DNA from: an uncultured Gammaproteobacteria bacterium | GTDB lineage: Bacteria; Patescibacteriota; Microgenomatia; Levybacterales; UBA12049 | Reading direction: 5' to 3' | DNA length: 64,000 nucleotides | NCBI GenBank assembly: GCA_964598355.1 | Contig: CAZRBN010000001.1 | Coordinates: 5,839 to 69,838 of the forward strand | Part shown: positions 1 to 9,196 of the stretch, piece by piece | Numbering within the stretch: position 1 is the stretch's first letter | How the letters are laid out: each line of letters begins with the position of its first letter | Position numbers and translations under genes: made by a program | The notes under the pieces: model-generated | Databases searched by the model: none | The model's input: the letters and a program-made list of their open reading frames with translations, nothing else | What the model was told of the DNA's origin: nothing

Positions 1-887
1 TTATTTAACTCAATGGTATCTCCAACTCGCACAAGTCGAATATCTTTTACTCCTGTAACAATATAGCCTATTTCTCCAGCTGATAAGTGACCCGAACTCA
101 CGAGTTGAGGAGTGAAATACCCTACATCAATGGCATTGGTTTTGGTACGAGTCTGTACAAGCTCTAGTGCGTCATTTGTCTTCACTTTTCCATCAATAAG
201 CCTCACAAAAGCAACAACGCCTCGATGCTCATCATAGACAGCATCAAAAATAAGTGCCCGGAGATTCTTGTCTACAGACCCTATTGGTGCAGGAATTTGC
301 TCAATTGCCTTTTGAAGAAGCGCCTCAACGCCCAAACCCGTCTTCGCAGAGATTTTCAAAACCGTATGTGGATCAAATCCTAACACCTCTAATTGTTTGA
401 GTGTCTTCTCTACCTCTGCTCCGTCCATATCGATTTTGTTAATTGCTGGAACAATGACTAAGTTTTGTTTTTGTGCTGCGCGCAAATGGGCGACTGTCTG
501 GGCTTGTACACCTTTTGTTGCATCAACGAGCAGAATTACTCCTTCACATGCTGCGAGAGTTCGCGAAACCTCATAGGAGAAGTCTACATGACCTGGAGTG
601 TCTATCAAATTCAACATATATGTTGAATTAATTTTCAAATCCTTTCCATCGTCATCCTGAACTTGTTTCAGGATCTCTTTTGGTGTATAGAACATTCTCA
701 CCGGGGCTAGTTTGATAGTAATTCCACGCTCACGGGAAATTGGATTTTGATCTAAAAATTGCTCCTGCTTTCCTAAAATATCTTTTCGGATAGTATTTGT
801 TATCTCCAAAAATCTATCTGACAAAGTTGATTTGCCGTGGTCAATATGCGCAACTATACAAAAGTTTCTAATAAATTTATTTTCCAT
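1..887 (-). CDS. lepA: Elongation factor 4 (LepA), 3' end outside window
   Basis: Not in ORF track (runs off edge). Manual translation from ATG at 887: MENKFIRNFCIVAHIDHGKSTLSDRFLE...RERGITIKLAPV...LNLIDTPGHVDFSYEVSRTLAACEG, typical LepA GTPase motifs. Confidence 0.96.
   Translation of the reverse strand, partial: MENKFIRNFCIVAHIDHGKSTLSDRFLEITNTIRKDILGKQEQFLDQNPISRERGITIKLAPVRMFYTPKEILKQVQDDDGKDLKINSTYMLNLIDTPGHVDFSYEVSRTLAACEGVILLVDATKGVQAQTVAHLRAAQKQNLVIVPAINKIDMDGAEVEKTLKQLEVLGFDPHTVLKISAKTGLGVEALLQKAIEQIPAPIGSVDKNLRALIFDAVYDEHRGVVAFVRLIDGKVKTNDALELVQTRTKTNAIDVGYFTPQLVSSGHLSAGEIGYIVTGVKDIRLVRVGDTIELN
651..677. repeat. Small palindromic element (RPE/REP-like) in frame within lepA
   Basis: gtcATCCTGAActtgtTTCAGGATctc, 8-bp perfect inverted repeat at 654-674, read as EILKQVQDD in a lengthened LepA loop. 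Confidence 0.6.
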
Positions 888-900
888 ATATATTCCTTTT

Positions 901-1084
901 AAGCAACTTGCCCTGTAGGCGTGAAATCATGAGGCGATGACATACACCTCGTGAATGACAAACGACCTATCCGGGAGTTACGAATAAATTCCTGATCTAT
1001 AAAAATAAGCGTTCACCGTCAAGCGTTAAGAAAAAGGTTGAGAAATGTTAACGGTTACCGCTTCACCTTTAATGCTAGTAACTC
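901..1084 (-). ncRNA. Structured ncRNA candidate, 6S RNA-like (or structured lepA leader)
   Basis: About 180 nt non-coding; ends base-pair, inner stem capped by a UUCG loop, side hairpin, pyrimidine-rich unpaired 5' segment; extended -10 TGGTAGAAT at 1085-1093. Folded by eye only. Confidence 0.4.
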
Positions 1085-1119
1085 ATTCTACCAGAAAGTG
1101 AGGCTAGAAGAAAGAAAGA

Positions 1120-2778
1120 CTATACTTTCGGGCTGGATCCCTCAAGTAACTCCTGAATTTTACTGAGTATCTCTTCCCAGTTACCCAGCTTCTTAAACAT
1201 GAGTACATATGTTTGGGCTTCTTTCACTTGGAAAATCCACGTGAGGAAAAGATATAAAGAAAGACCAATCAAACTTGTAATTCCAGTAAGCAAAATAAGA
1301 TTTATTGTATGGGTAGTATCAAAGACTAACTGATCGAGTAACTTCAAAGGAATATATAAAGCAAAACCGGTAAAGAAAGTAGCAATAATAATTTTTGAAA
1401 ATGAGAGGAAAAGGTAGGCTTTTGTGAATCCTCCTGTTTTGTAGGAAAGGAGAATAAATAAAACAACAAATTGAAAAATACTCCCAAAAGAATACGAAAT
1501 GGCAATACTAGAAATTCCAGCCTTCATTCCAAATACCATCACTGCTGCAATTCCCAGCATAACACCTGTTGAAATTGCTCCTACGACAAGCGGGATAACG
1601 GTATCATGCAGTGCATAGAAAGCCCGTGATACTAAGTATGTTAAGGCCTGAGCAAAAAGTGAAATAGAAAAAAGAGCCAAAATACGACCTGTCATTACTG
1701 TTGCTGGCCAGTCAAATTGAGAAGCTCCATATTCGAGTCTCACAATAGGAATTCTCAACACTAAAAATAATACCGAAATAGGTAGGACTAAATAAAGCAT
1801 TTGTGAAAGACTTGTCAAAAAGGTTACTTTAAAATCATCAAGCTGTTCTCGTTGCCTTGATAAAACAGGAAATGCAGCTTGAGCAATTGTTTGTCCAAAC
1901 AAAGCAACAGGAGCGAATGCTAAGGTTTGAGCATAGTCAAAAATGACATAACTTCTCCCTGGATCAGATAAAAATGAAATAAGTGTGACCGTAAGCAGCG
2001 TCCCAATTTGAAAAATCGCCAAAGAAATCGTCCTTGGCCACATGAGGTGAAAGATTTCTTTGATTCCAGCTACATTTTTCAGTGCTTTTGGATGAAAAGA
2101 AAACCCTACTCGTTTTACTAAGGGAATTTGCAGAGCTAAAAAAATAATTGCTCCGATAATAACCCCAACAGCAGGAGCAAAGATTCCAAGCCATGGCCAT
2201 AGTGTTACCATACCAATAATAATTCCCAAGTTGTATAGAGCTGCAGCAATACCAGGAATAAAAAAGTGGTTATAAGACTGAAGGACAGCAGAGAGAAAGC
2301 TTGCAACAATAAAAAATAATTCTCCAATGACAATAACCCGCATGAGATTGGCCATAAGAACAATTTGAGAATGACTAAAGCCTGGAGCAATAAGATATGA
2401 GAAATACTCAGCAAAAATGACCAAAATTAAAGAAATAACAACGAAAATACCAAGCCCTAATGATAAAAGAGTTGAAGCAAATTCATGACCCTCTTTTTCT
2501 TTCCCTTTGGATAAATAATCCGAAAATACAGGAATAAAGGCAGATGACAAAGCTCCTGCAATAATCAATTGAAACAAGAAATCAGGTAAACGAGAAGAAG
2601 CTAGATAAACACCTAAGGTATTAGACGCACCAAAAATACCAACCAAAAAGCGTTGTCTAATAAGCCCAAGAAACTGCGACAAAATAACTGTTGCCATAAT
2701 AATAAAGGCTGCAGAAAGGATATTTGTTTGCTGTTTGAGTAAGACATTGAGACTTTTTTTAAAGAAATTTGTAGGCAT
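1120..2778 (-). CDS. murJ: Lipid II flippase MurJ (MviN)
   Basis: 552 aa, many TM segments; SQFLGLIRQ, RLPDFLFQLIIAGALSSAFIPVF, RAFYALHDT motifs. Confidence 0.93.
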   Translation of the reverse strand: MPTNFFKKSLNVLLKQQTNILSAAFIIMATVILSQFLGLIRQRFLVGIFGASNTLGVYLASSRLPDFLFQLIIAGALSSAFIPVFSDYLSKGKEKEGHEFASTLLSLGLGIFVVISLILVIFAEYFSYLIAPGFSHSQIVLMANLMRVIVIGELFFIVASFLSAVLQSYNHFFIPGIAAALYNLGIIIGMVTLWPWLGIFAPAVGVIIGAIIFLALQIPLVKRVGFSFHPKALKNVAGIKEIFHLMWPRTISLAIFQIGTLLTVTLISFLSDPGRSYVIFDYAQTLAFAPVALFGQTIAQAAFPVLSRQREQLDDFKVTFLTSLSQMLYLVLPISVLFLVLRIPIVRLEYGASQFDWPATVMTGRILALFSISLFAQALTYLVSRAFYALHDTVIPLVVGAISTGVMLGIAAVMVFGMKAGISSIAISYSFGSIFQFVVLFILLSYKTGGFTKAYLFLSFSKIIIATFFTGFALYIPLKLLDQLVFDTTHTINLILLTGITSLIGLSLYLFLTWIFQVKEAQTYVLMFKKLGNWEEILSKIQELLEGSSPKV

Positions 2779-2927
2779 AATTCTATTATTATCCTCTCCT
2801 GAAACTTTTATCAGAACCCTATGTGGAAGAGATTTTTTGAAACGAGCTTTGACAAGAAATCAACTCGAAAAACCAAGCGTATGCTTTTTCTCTTGCGGAT
2901 TCAAGTATAGCATGATAAAATATGGTC

Positions 2928-3254
2928 ATGCCAGTTATAAAATCAGCAAAAAAGAAATTGCGACAAGACGAAAATGCAACAATTCGCAACGCTAAAATGG
3001 AAACAGCCTTGAAGGATGCTATTAAAGCAGCTAAAAAGAACCCATCTCTCGAGCTAGTCAGAAAAGCAACCAGTGCTGCAGATAAAGCAGCGAAGCGTCA
3101 TATTGTTCATAACAATAAGGCTGCACGCATAAAATCAGCTCTTTCCAAACTTCTTGGAGGCAAAACAGCATCTAAATCAGAATCCAAACCTACAGCTAAA
3201 GCAAAAAAAACAGTAAAGAAAACAACTAAAAAATCCCCAGCAAAGAAGAAATAG
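2928..3254 (+). CDS. rpsT: 30S ribosomal protein S20 with Lys/Ala-rich C-terminal extension
   Basis: MPVIKSAKKKLRQ...DKAAKRHIVHNNKAARIKSAL; start placed at second ATG (2928), 6 nt after TGATAAAAT. Confidence 0.95.
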   Translation: MPVIKSAKKKLRQDENATIRNAKMETALKDAIKAAKKNPSLELVRKATSAADKAAKRHIVHNNKAARIKSALSKLLGGKTASKSESKPTAKAKKTVKKTTKKSPAKKK

Positions 3255-3384
3255 CCACATATATTGCTTTATTGACCCATTGTTTCATTTCACCCTTTCA
3301 AATCTTACGTTTTACACGATCCATACCCCGGTTTGTCCAACTATTTCAACCCAGGTTTAAACTTCTAATAATTCGTTTTTTCTT

Positions 3385-3413
3385 TTGACAAAGAGCTTAA
3401 TTCTCCCTAGACT
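3385..3413 (+). promoter_or_regulatory. Sigma70-type promoter of pilN operon
   Basis: TTGACA (3385-3390), 17-nt spacer, TAGACT (3408-3413), 9 nt before ATG 3423. Confidence 0.7.
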
Positions 3414-3422
3414 AATAGTAGT

Positions 3423-3983
3423 ATGGAAAAGTCTACTGCACCATCTATTAATTTGGCTAAAAACCGAGGAGAACATTTCATAGATAGATTTTTTTCCTGG
3501 GCACTTTCCGCTGGACGTGTCTTAGTGATCCTTACCGAAGCTATAGCACTAGGAGCTTTTCTTTTCCGTTTTGGATTGGACAGGCAAATTCTTGATTTGC
3601 ATGACAGAATTACTCAAGAACAAGCTATTGTGAAATTATTAAAGAATAATGAAACAACATATAGGAATCTTCAAGAAAGACTAAGTCTTGCAAAAAACAT
3701 AGATACAACAACCACTACCCAACTCAAAACATACACAGATGTTTCTACAATGATTCCATCTGATATGGTCGTACAAAATATTTTTTATTCGATAAATGAT
3801 ATCCATGTGGATGGATCTGTAGGCTCAATTATTTCTCTCTCATCATTTGTAAAAAAGCTTAAAGCTTATCCAACAGTCGAGAAAGTAAGTATAGATAGGT
3901 TAGAAAATAAATCATCAACAGGAGAATATACCATTGGAATTACAGCATTTTTCAAAGTAGAAAAGCAGAAATCATTACTATGA
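3423..3983 (+). CDS. PilN-like type IV pilus alignment protein
   Basis: SINL motif near N-terminus, one TM, coiled coil, ferredoxin-like C-terminal pattern; directly upstream of a PilO-like gene. Confidence 0.7.
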   Translation: MEKSTAPSINLAKNRGEHFIDRFFSWALSAGRVLVILTEAIALGAFLFRFGLDRQILDLHDRITQEQAIVKLLKNNETTYRNLQERLSLAKNIDTTTTTQLKTYTDVSTMIPSDMVVQNIFYSINDIHVDGSVGSIISLSSFVKKLKAYPTVEKVSIDRLENKSSTGEYTIGITAFFKVEKQKSLL

Positions 3984-4615
3984 ATTTAAAAATATCCTTA
4001 CCTACTCTCAAAAAACTTGGAATTGGCAATCCAAAAGAAAGCAAGCTCTTTCTTTCTATTATTCCTGGAATTCAAGAAAAACGAACAAAACAATTTACGA
4101 CTCTTTCTCTTACGCTTGCCACTATCGCATTTTTCGGTATTTTCGCGATTAATCCAACATTTGGAACTATTTCTGATTTACAAAAGCAACTCGATGATGA
4201 TAATTTTACACATCAAAGTCTGCAAAAAAAAATTGCCAATTTAACTACTCTTCAGCAAGTATACTCGGATATCCAAGACACACTTCCTCCATTATATGAC
4301 GCCATTCCTACTTCATTATCCATCGATATTTTTGTTGGACAATTGCATACGCTTGCTGGACTAAACAATGTACAACTTACCAGGGTTCAGACTTTGCCTG
4401 TTGATATTTCACCACAAACAACATCAGCAAAATATACAACCTATGAATTTTCTGTTGAAGCTCAAGGAGCATATGCTGATCTGGTGAAATATATAACAAA
4501 TGTCACGAACGCTAGTCGGCTCATAACATTACAATCAATTTCTATGGCCCATATCGGAAAAGTTGACAATACCTTTCGTATGCAGTTGAGAGGAAAAACA
4601 TACTTTAAATCATAA
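3980..4615 (+). CDS. PilO-like type IV pilus alignment protein
   Basis: TM (FFGIFAINPT), coiled coil, EAQGAYADLVKYITNVTNASRLITLQSI typical of PilO; ATGA overlap with pilN. Confidence 0.75.
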   Translation: MNLKISLPTLKKLGIGNPKESKLFLSIIPGIQEKRTKQFTTLSLTLATIAFFGIFAINPTFGTISDLQKQLDDDNFTHQSLQKKIANLTTLQQVYSDIQDTLPPLYDAIPTSLSIDIFVGQLHTLAGLNNVQLTRVQTLPVDISPQTTSAKYTTYEFSVEAQGAYADLVKYITNVTNASRLITLQSISMAHIGKVDNTFRMQLRGKTYFKS

Positions 4616-4617
4616 CT

Positions 4618-4938
4618 ATGAGACAACGCGATATATTATTTCTTCTTGCATCAATTTGTGTTGTTATTTTTGCATGGATAGCATTTACTATTCTTCATAA
4701 TTCACTTACTTCAACAATAACCCCTGCAACAACTGAAGCAATCGCTCCAATTCAACCCAACTTTGATACTGCAACCCTCAAAAAAATGAAAACACGAATT
4801 GTTGTTAACCCAGCATTTACCATTTCAGTTACCCCTACAATTACTCTTAGTCCAGCCCCTACACCAACGACTCTTCCATTTAATAACGTTGCTTCTCAAT
4901 CTGCACAAACAGCATCCCAAGGAGGTACGTTGAAATAA
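4618..4938 (+). CDS. Small membrane-anchored Thr/Pro-rich protein (PilP position)
   Basis: N-terminal TM then T/P-rich tail; inside operon. Confidence 0.7.
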   Translation: MRQRDILFLLASICVVIFAWIAFTILHNSLTSTITPATTEAIAPIQPNFDTATLKKMKTRIVVNPAFTISVTPTITLSPAPTPTTLPFNNVASQSAQTASQGGTLK

Positions 4939-6314
4939 TGAATATCTGGAATAAAAGAATTCCTACAGTATTTGGCATAGCCTTTGTTTTAGGGACAGTT
5001 ATTGGAACAATATTTTTAGTCCAAACAGGAGTAATCTATTTGGGTGGAGCTGCTCCAGCTGATAATCCTCACTCAGTACGAGTTACAAATATTTCAGACA
5101 AGGCCGTATCTATTACCTATACTACAGAAACAAAGGTTATCGGAACAGTCTCAATCGGACAAGATAAAGATAGTCTACAAACAATTTTGGATGAGCGAGA
5201 CCAACAATCAGGAACTCCTCAAACATATAAAGTACATAGTATAAGTATTAAAAACCTTAAACCAAATACTTCGTATGTTTTTTCTATTACATCAGGAGCA
5301 ACGACGTATCTGAATCATGATAAGTATTTCTCAGCTCAAACGGCACCAACACTTACTACAGCTCCTACCTCACAACTTCCTCTCACAGGAAAACTGGTTA
5401 GCCCAGATGGAAATAATCCAGAGGAAGCATTGGTATATCTAACAACAGACAAAGGGGAAGTCTTGTCAACTCTTACGAAATCCTCTGGTATTTATACTAT
5501 TCCCCTTAATACCTTTCGAACATCGGATGGAAAAAATTTCTTCACCTTCCAACCAACGACACCGCTTCATATTCTGGCAACTAATGGAGACTTAACCTCG
5601 CAAGCAACTGTTTTGTTATCAGGAAGCAGTCCTGTCCCACTTATTACGCTTTCTCAAACGTATAACTTCACTGCATCAACCCAACCTGTCGCGTCTAATT
5701 CCGCAGAAGCTACTATTGGTTTCCCATCGTTCTCAGCAAATAATGCTCTTGAGGCAACACCTGTGATTATTACTCCCAAGAAAGACGAAAGTTTTACTGA
5801 TACCCAACCACGATTTAGTGGGAAAGCCTTACCCAATCAAACTATCACAATAGAAATCCATTCATCAGATGTTATAACAGATACGATTAAGACAGATGCG
5901 TTTGGCAATTGGACATATAGACCATCCACACAACTATCACCAGGTAACCATACCTTAACTATTATGACAAAAGATGCTAGTGGCATTCTTAAGACAATCG
6001 AACAGTCATTTACTGTTTTTGCAGCAGGATCTCAGGTGACTCAATCAGCAACGCCATCAGCAACACCAACCGTGACAAAATCACCAACTGCAACACCAAT
6101 ACCAACAATAATACCTACCATTACGACACAACCAACAGGTATTACTCCTACCCTGCAGCCAACACTACTTCCAACAGTTGCTCTATCCCTCACACCGCGA
6201 CCCTCACTGCCACCAACGGGAAGCAATAGTATTATAGTCGTAGGAACAACCGGTATTGTCACAACGCTCCTTGGTATTGTATTATTCTTGATAAGCCGTG
6301 GTGCAATATTATGA
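4938..6314 (+). CDS. Surface protein: FN3-like and bacterial Ig-like domains, T/P linker, C-terminal LPPTG plus TM
   Basis: VRVTNISDKAVSITYTT/HSISIKNLKPNTSYVFSI (FN3-like); PRFSGKALPNQTITIEIHS...GNWTY...LSPGNHTL (Big-like); LPPTG followed by hydrophobic helix. Confidence 0.8.
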   Translation: MNIWNKRIPTVFGIAFVLGTVIGTIFLVQTGVIYLGGAAPADNPHSVRVTNISDKAVSITYTTETKVIGTVSIGQDKDSLQTILDERDQQSGTPQTYKVHSISIKNLKPNTSYVFSITSGATTYLNHDKYFSAQTAPTLTTAPTSQLPLTGKLVSPDGNNPEEALVYLTTDKGEVLSTLTKSSGIYTIPLNTFRTSDGKNFFTFQPTTPLHILATNGDLTSQATVLLSGSSPVPLITLSQTYNFTASTQPVASNSAEATIGFPSFSANNALEATPVIITPKKDESFTDTQPRFSGKALPNQTITIEIHSSDVITDTIKTDAFGNWTYRPSTQLSPGNHTLTIMTKDASGILKTIEQSFTVFAAGSQVTQSATPSATPTVTKSPTATPIPTIIPTITTQPTGITPTLQPTLLPTVALSLTPRPSLPPTGSNSIIVVGTTGIVTTLLGIVLFLISRGAIL

Positions 6315-7579
6315 AGATTGGAATTATAGGAGCTGGTTTTACAGGACTTGGGGCAGCATATTCGTTAGTAAAACAAGGACATTCAGTTACTATCTTTGAA
6401 AAGGATGATCATCCAGGTGGTCTTGCCATAGGTTATCAAAAAAATGAATGGGAATGGACCTTAGAAAGCTATTACCATCATTGGTTTACGAACGACAATA
6501 CTGTTTTATCCTTGGCAAAAGAAATTCATTTTCCTGTAGCAATAAAGCGTCCAAAAACATCTGTCTTTATCGAAGGAAAACTATATCAACTTGATTCTCC
6601 TTCCAGTTTTTTAACCTTCCCCAAACTTCCTATATGGGATAGACTTCGGATGATTGAAACGCTTGGACTGCTGAGAATCAATCCTTTCTGGAAACCAATG
6701 GAAAAAGTGAAAGCCTCAGAGTATCTTCCAAAAGCTATGGGTGAAAAGGCATATAAATTAATTTGGGAACCTCAGCTTACCAATAAATTTGGCAATTATG
6801 CAGATAAAATTTCTCTTGCATGGTTTTGGGCACGCATTGTTAAAAGAACTCCTTCCCTTGCTTATCCAAAGGGGGGATTTTTATCCTTTGCACGACATGT
6901 AGAAAAAGTTATTACAGAAAAGGGAGGAGAATTTTTCTATGGAGCAGGTGTAACTGAAATAAAAACAGTAAAAGATAAAACAATTGTTATCGTCGGAAAA
7001 GAAAAATATGAATTTGATAAAGTCATTGTTACGCTTCCTTCTTTCCCATTCCTCAAGCTTTGTCCAACACTTCCTGAAGGGTATAAAGAAAAATTACGAA
7101 AACTTGAGGGTCTCGGAGCTATGACTGTTGTATTGAGACTAAAAAAACAGTTCCTTCCTGATAATACCTACTGGCTAAGTATGTGTGATCCTGCTTCTCC
7201 TGTTATGGCTGTTGTTGAACATACTAATTTTATGAATAAAAAACACTATAATAACGAGCATCTTGTTTATTTAGGAAACTACTTAGCGCAAAATCACCCA
7301 TACTTCTCTTTATCAGAAAAAGAGATCCTTAAAGAGTTTGATCCCATTCTTCAAGAGTTACATCCTGGATATGAAAAAGATATTATTGGTGTTGATATCT
7401 TTAAAACTCCTTTTGCTCAGCCAATCATACCCACTAATTACTCAAGAATTATGCCACCATTTGATACGCCATTACCAAATATTTATTTGGCCAATATTCA
7501 ACAAGTATATCCCTGGGATAGAGGGACTAATTATGCTGTTGAATTAGGACAAAAGATAGCAGACCACATTACAAAGTGA
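6311..7579 (+). CDS. FAD-dependent oxidoreductase (protoporphyrinogen oxidase/amine oxidase superfamily)
   Basis: IGIIGAGFTGL Rossmann motif, FEKDDHPGGLA, YHHWF, YPWDRGTNYAV; substrate unknown, sits in glycosylation cluster. Confidence 0.85.
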   Translation: MKIGIIGAGFTGLGAAYSLVKQGHSVTIFEKDDHPGGLAIGYQKNEWEWTLESYYHHWFTNDNTVLSLAKEIHFPVAIKRPKTSVFIEGKLYQLDSPSSFLTFPKLPIWDRLRMIETLGLLRINPFWKPMEKVKASEYLPKAMGEKAYKLIWEPQLTNKFGNYADKISLAWFWARIVKRTPSLAYPKGGFLSFARHVEKVITEKGGEFFYGAGVTEIKTVKDKTIVIVGKEKYEFDKVIVTLPSFPFLKLCPTLPEGYKEKLRKLEGLGAMTVVLRLKKQFLPDNTYWLSMCDPASPVMAVVEHTNFMNKKHYNNEHLVYLGNYLAQNHPYFSLSEKEILKEFDPILQELHPGYEKDIIGVDIFKTPFAQPIIPTNYSRIMPPFDTPLPNIYLANIQQVYPWDRGTNYAVELGQKIADHITK

Positions 7580-7610
7580 TTTTAAATTTGAAATTTAAAA
7601 TTAAACTTAT

Positions 7611-9196
7611 ATGTTTTCGAAACAAAACCTCTTTCTTCTATTTTTAGTTTTAGTAGGAACATTTCTCAGATTCTATAATCTCCTCTGGGGGGCACCATTT
7701 TTTTTCATCCTGATGAGCGAAATATAGTATATGCAATTAGTCAGCTTTCTTTTCCCCAGCAATTTAACCCACATTTTTTTGCCTATGGGTCTCTTCCTAT
7801 CTATGCAGTATATTTTATAAACAATTTTTTTTCATTTATTCTAAAAAGAGAAAATGATTTTGCATCTATAATTTTCTGGCTTCGATTTTTCTCTGCAACA
7901 TTTTCTTTATTACTTATTCCGTCTCTATATATCATTGTTTCAAAATTATTTGGCAAAACAGCTGCACTTATTACTGCTTTTTTAGCAACTTTTAGCGTTG
8001 GATTTATTCAATATGCGCATTTTGGAACATTTGAAATGTGGAATACTTTTTTTACTTTATGGTTATTCTATTTTTCTATTCGCTTAACAAAAGGCTCTTC
8101 TTTCCAAACAATTCTAAGAATAAGTACAGTCATGGGTATTTTGTTATCAGTAAAAGTATCAAACAGTATATTATTTCCATTACCTATTCTGGGTATAGTG
8201 ATGTATCAGTACATCACTATAAAGTCACTCTTATATAAAAAATTGCTAGGCAATATTTTACTCTATATAGTTATAGTTGCGGTAATATTTGTAGTAACAA
8301 ACCCTTTCGCATTACTTGATTTTCAATCATTTTTTAACAGTATCCATTATGAATCCTCAGTTGCTTTAGGGACACTTCCGGTTTTTTATACGGGAAGTTT
8401 TTTTAATACTATCCCAATACTTTTTCAATTTTCTAAGGTCTATCCTTTTCTTGTAAATCCATTCGTCGAATTTCTTTTTATCCCAGCCTTCTTTTTTGTT
8501 ATTTTTAAGGGAATTAAAAATAAAAACATGGCCATTATACTGCTTGCTGCATATTACATACTCGTCTTTCTATCTCAAGCATTTTTTTATGTGAAATGGA
8601 CACGCTATGTACTTCCTACACTTCCTTTTCTCTATATAATGACTGCTATGTTTCTTACCAACTTACCTACCAAACTGAAAAAAATAACATTAGTATTCCT
8701 TGGCATATTCGTCATTATATACAGTTATGCTTTTATAAAAACGGTTTATTTTTCACAGGATACCAGAATTGCTGCGTCAGTATGGGCAAAACATACAATA
8801 GCATCCACTAGTCCTACTGTAAGTGAGCCTTATGATCTGGGTATTATTCCTTTTAACCCTCTTTTCCCGAATATACAACTAATTCCTGTCTATGACATCG
8901 AAACTAATGCCGATGCTTTCTCTCTGGTGCAACAAAACCTTTCACAAGCAAAAATATTTATTATTCCAAGTCAGCGACTTATTCATAGTAGAATGATTAA
9001 TAAAACTACTTTCCCAAAAGGGAACACTCTTTATACCAATCTTTTAGACAATAAAACAGATTTTAAAAAAGTATATGAAACACCATGTAATATATTTTGC
9101 AAAATAGTATATGACGGAGATCCTCTCTTTAATGTAGAAGAAACAACAACTGTCTTTGATCGACCAACAGTAGTTATCTTTGAAAAAAAGCTATGA
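7611..9196 (+). pseudogene. GT-C fold membrane glycosyltransferase (PMT/ArnT-like) with a frameshift near the 5' end
   Basis: ATG 7611 reads MFSKQNLF...LWGAPFF then leaves frame at T8 (7698-7705); one more base restores HPDER...NPHFFAYGSLP, matching the downstream paralogue and in frame with ORF 8036..9196. Confidence 0.85.

Noticed and set aside
6311-7579. hemY / heme biosynthesis assignment
   Set aside because: Only superfamily motifs are visible; context is glycosylation and no other heme genes are present.
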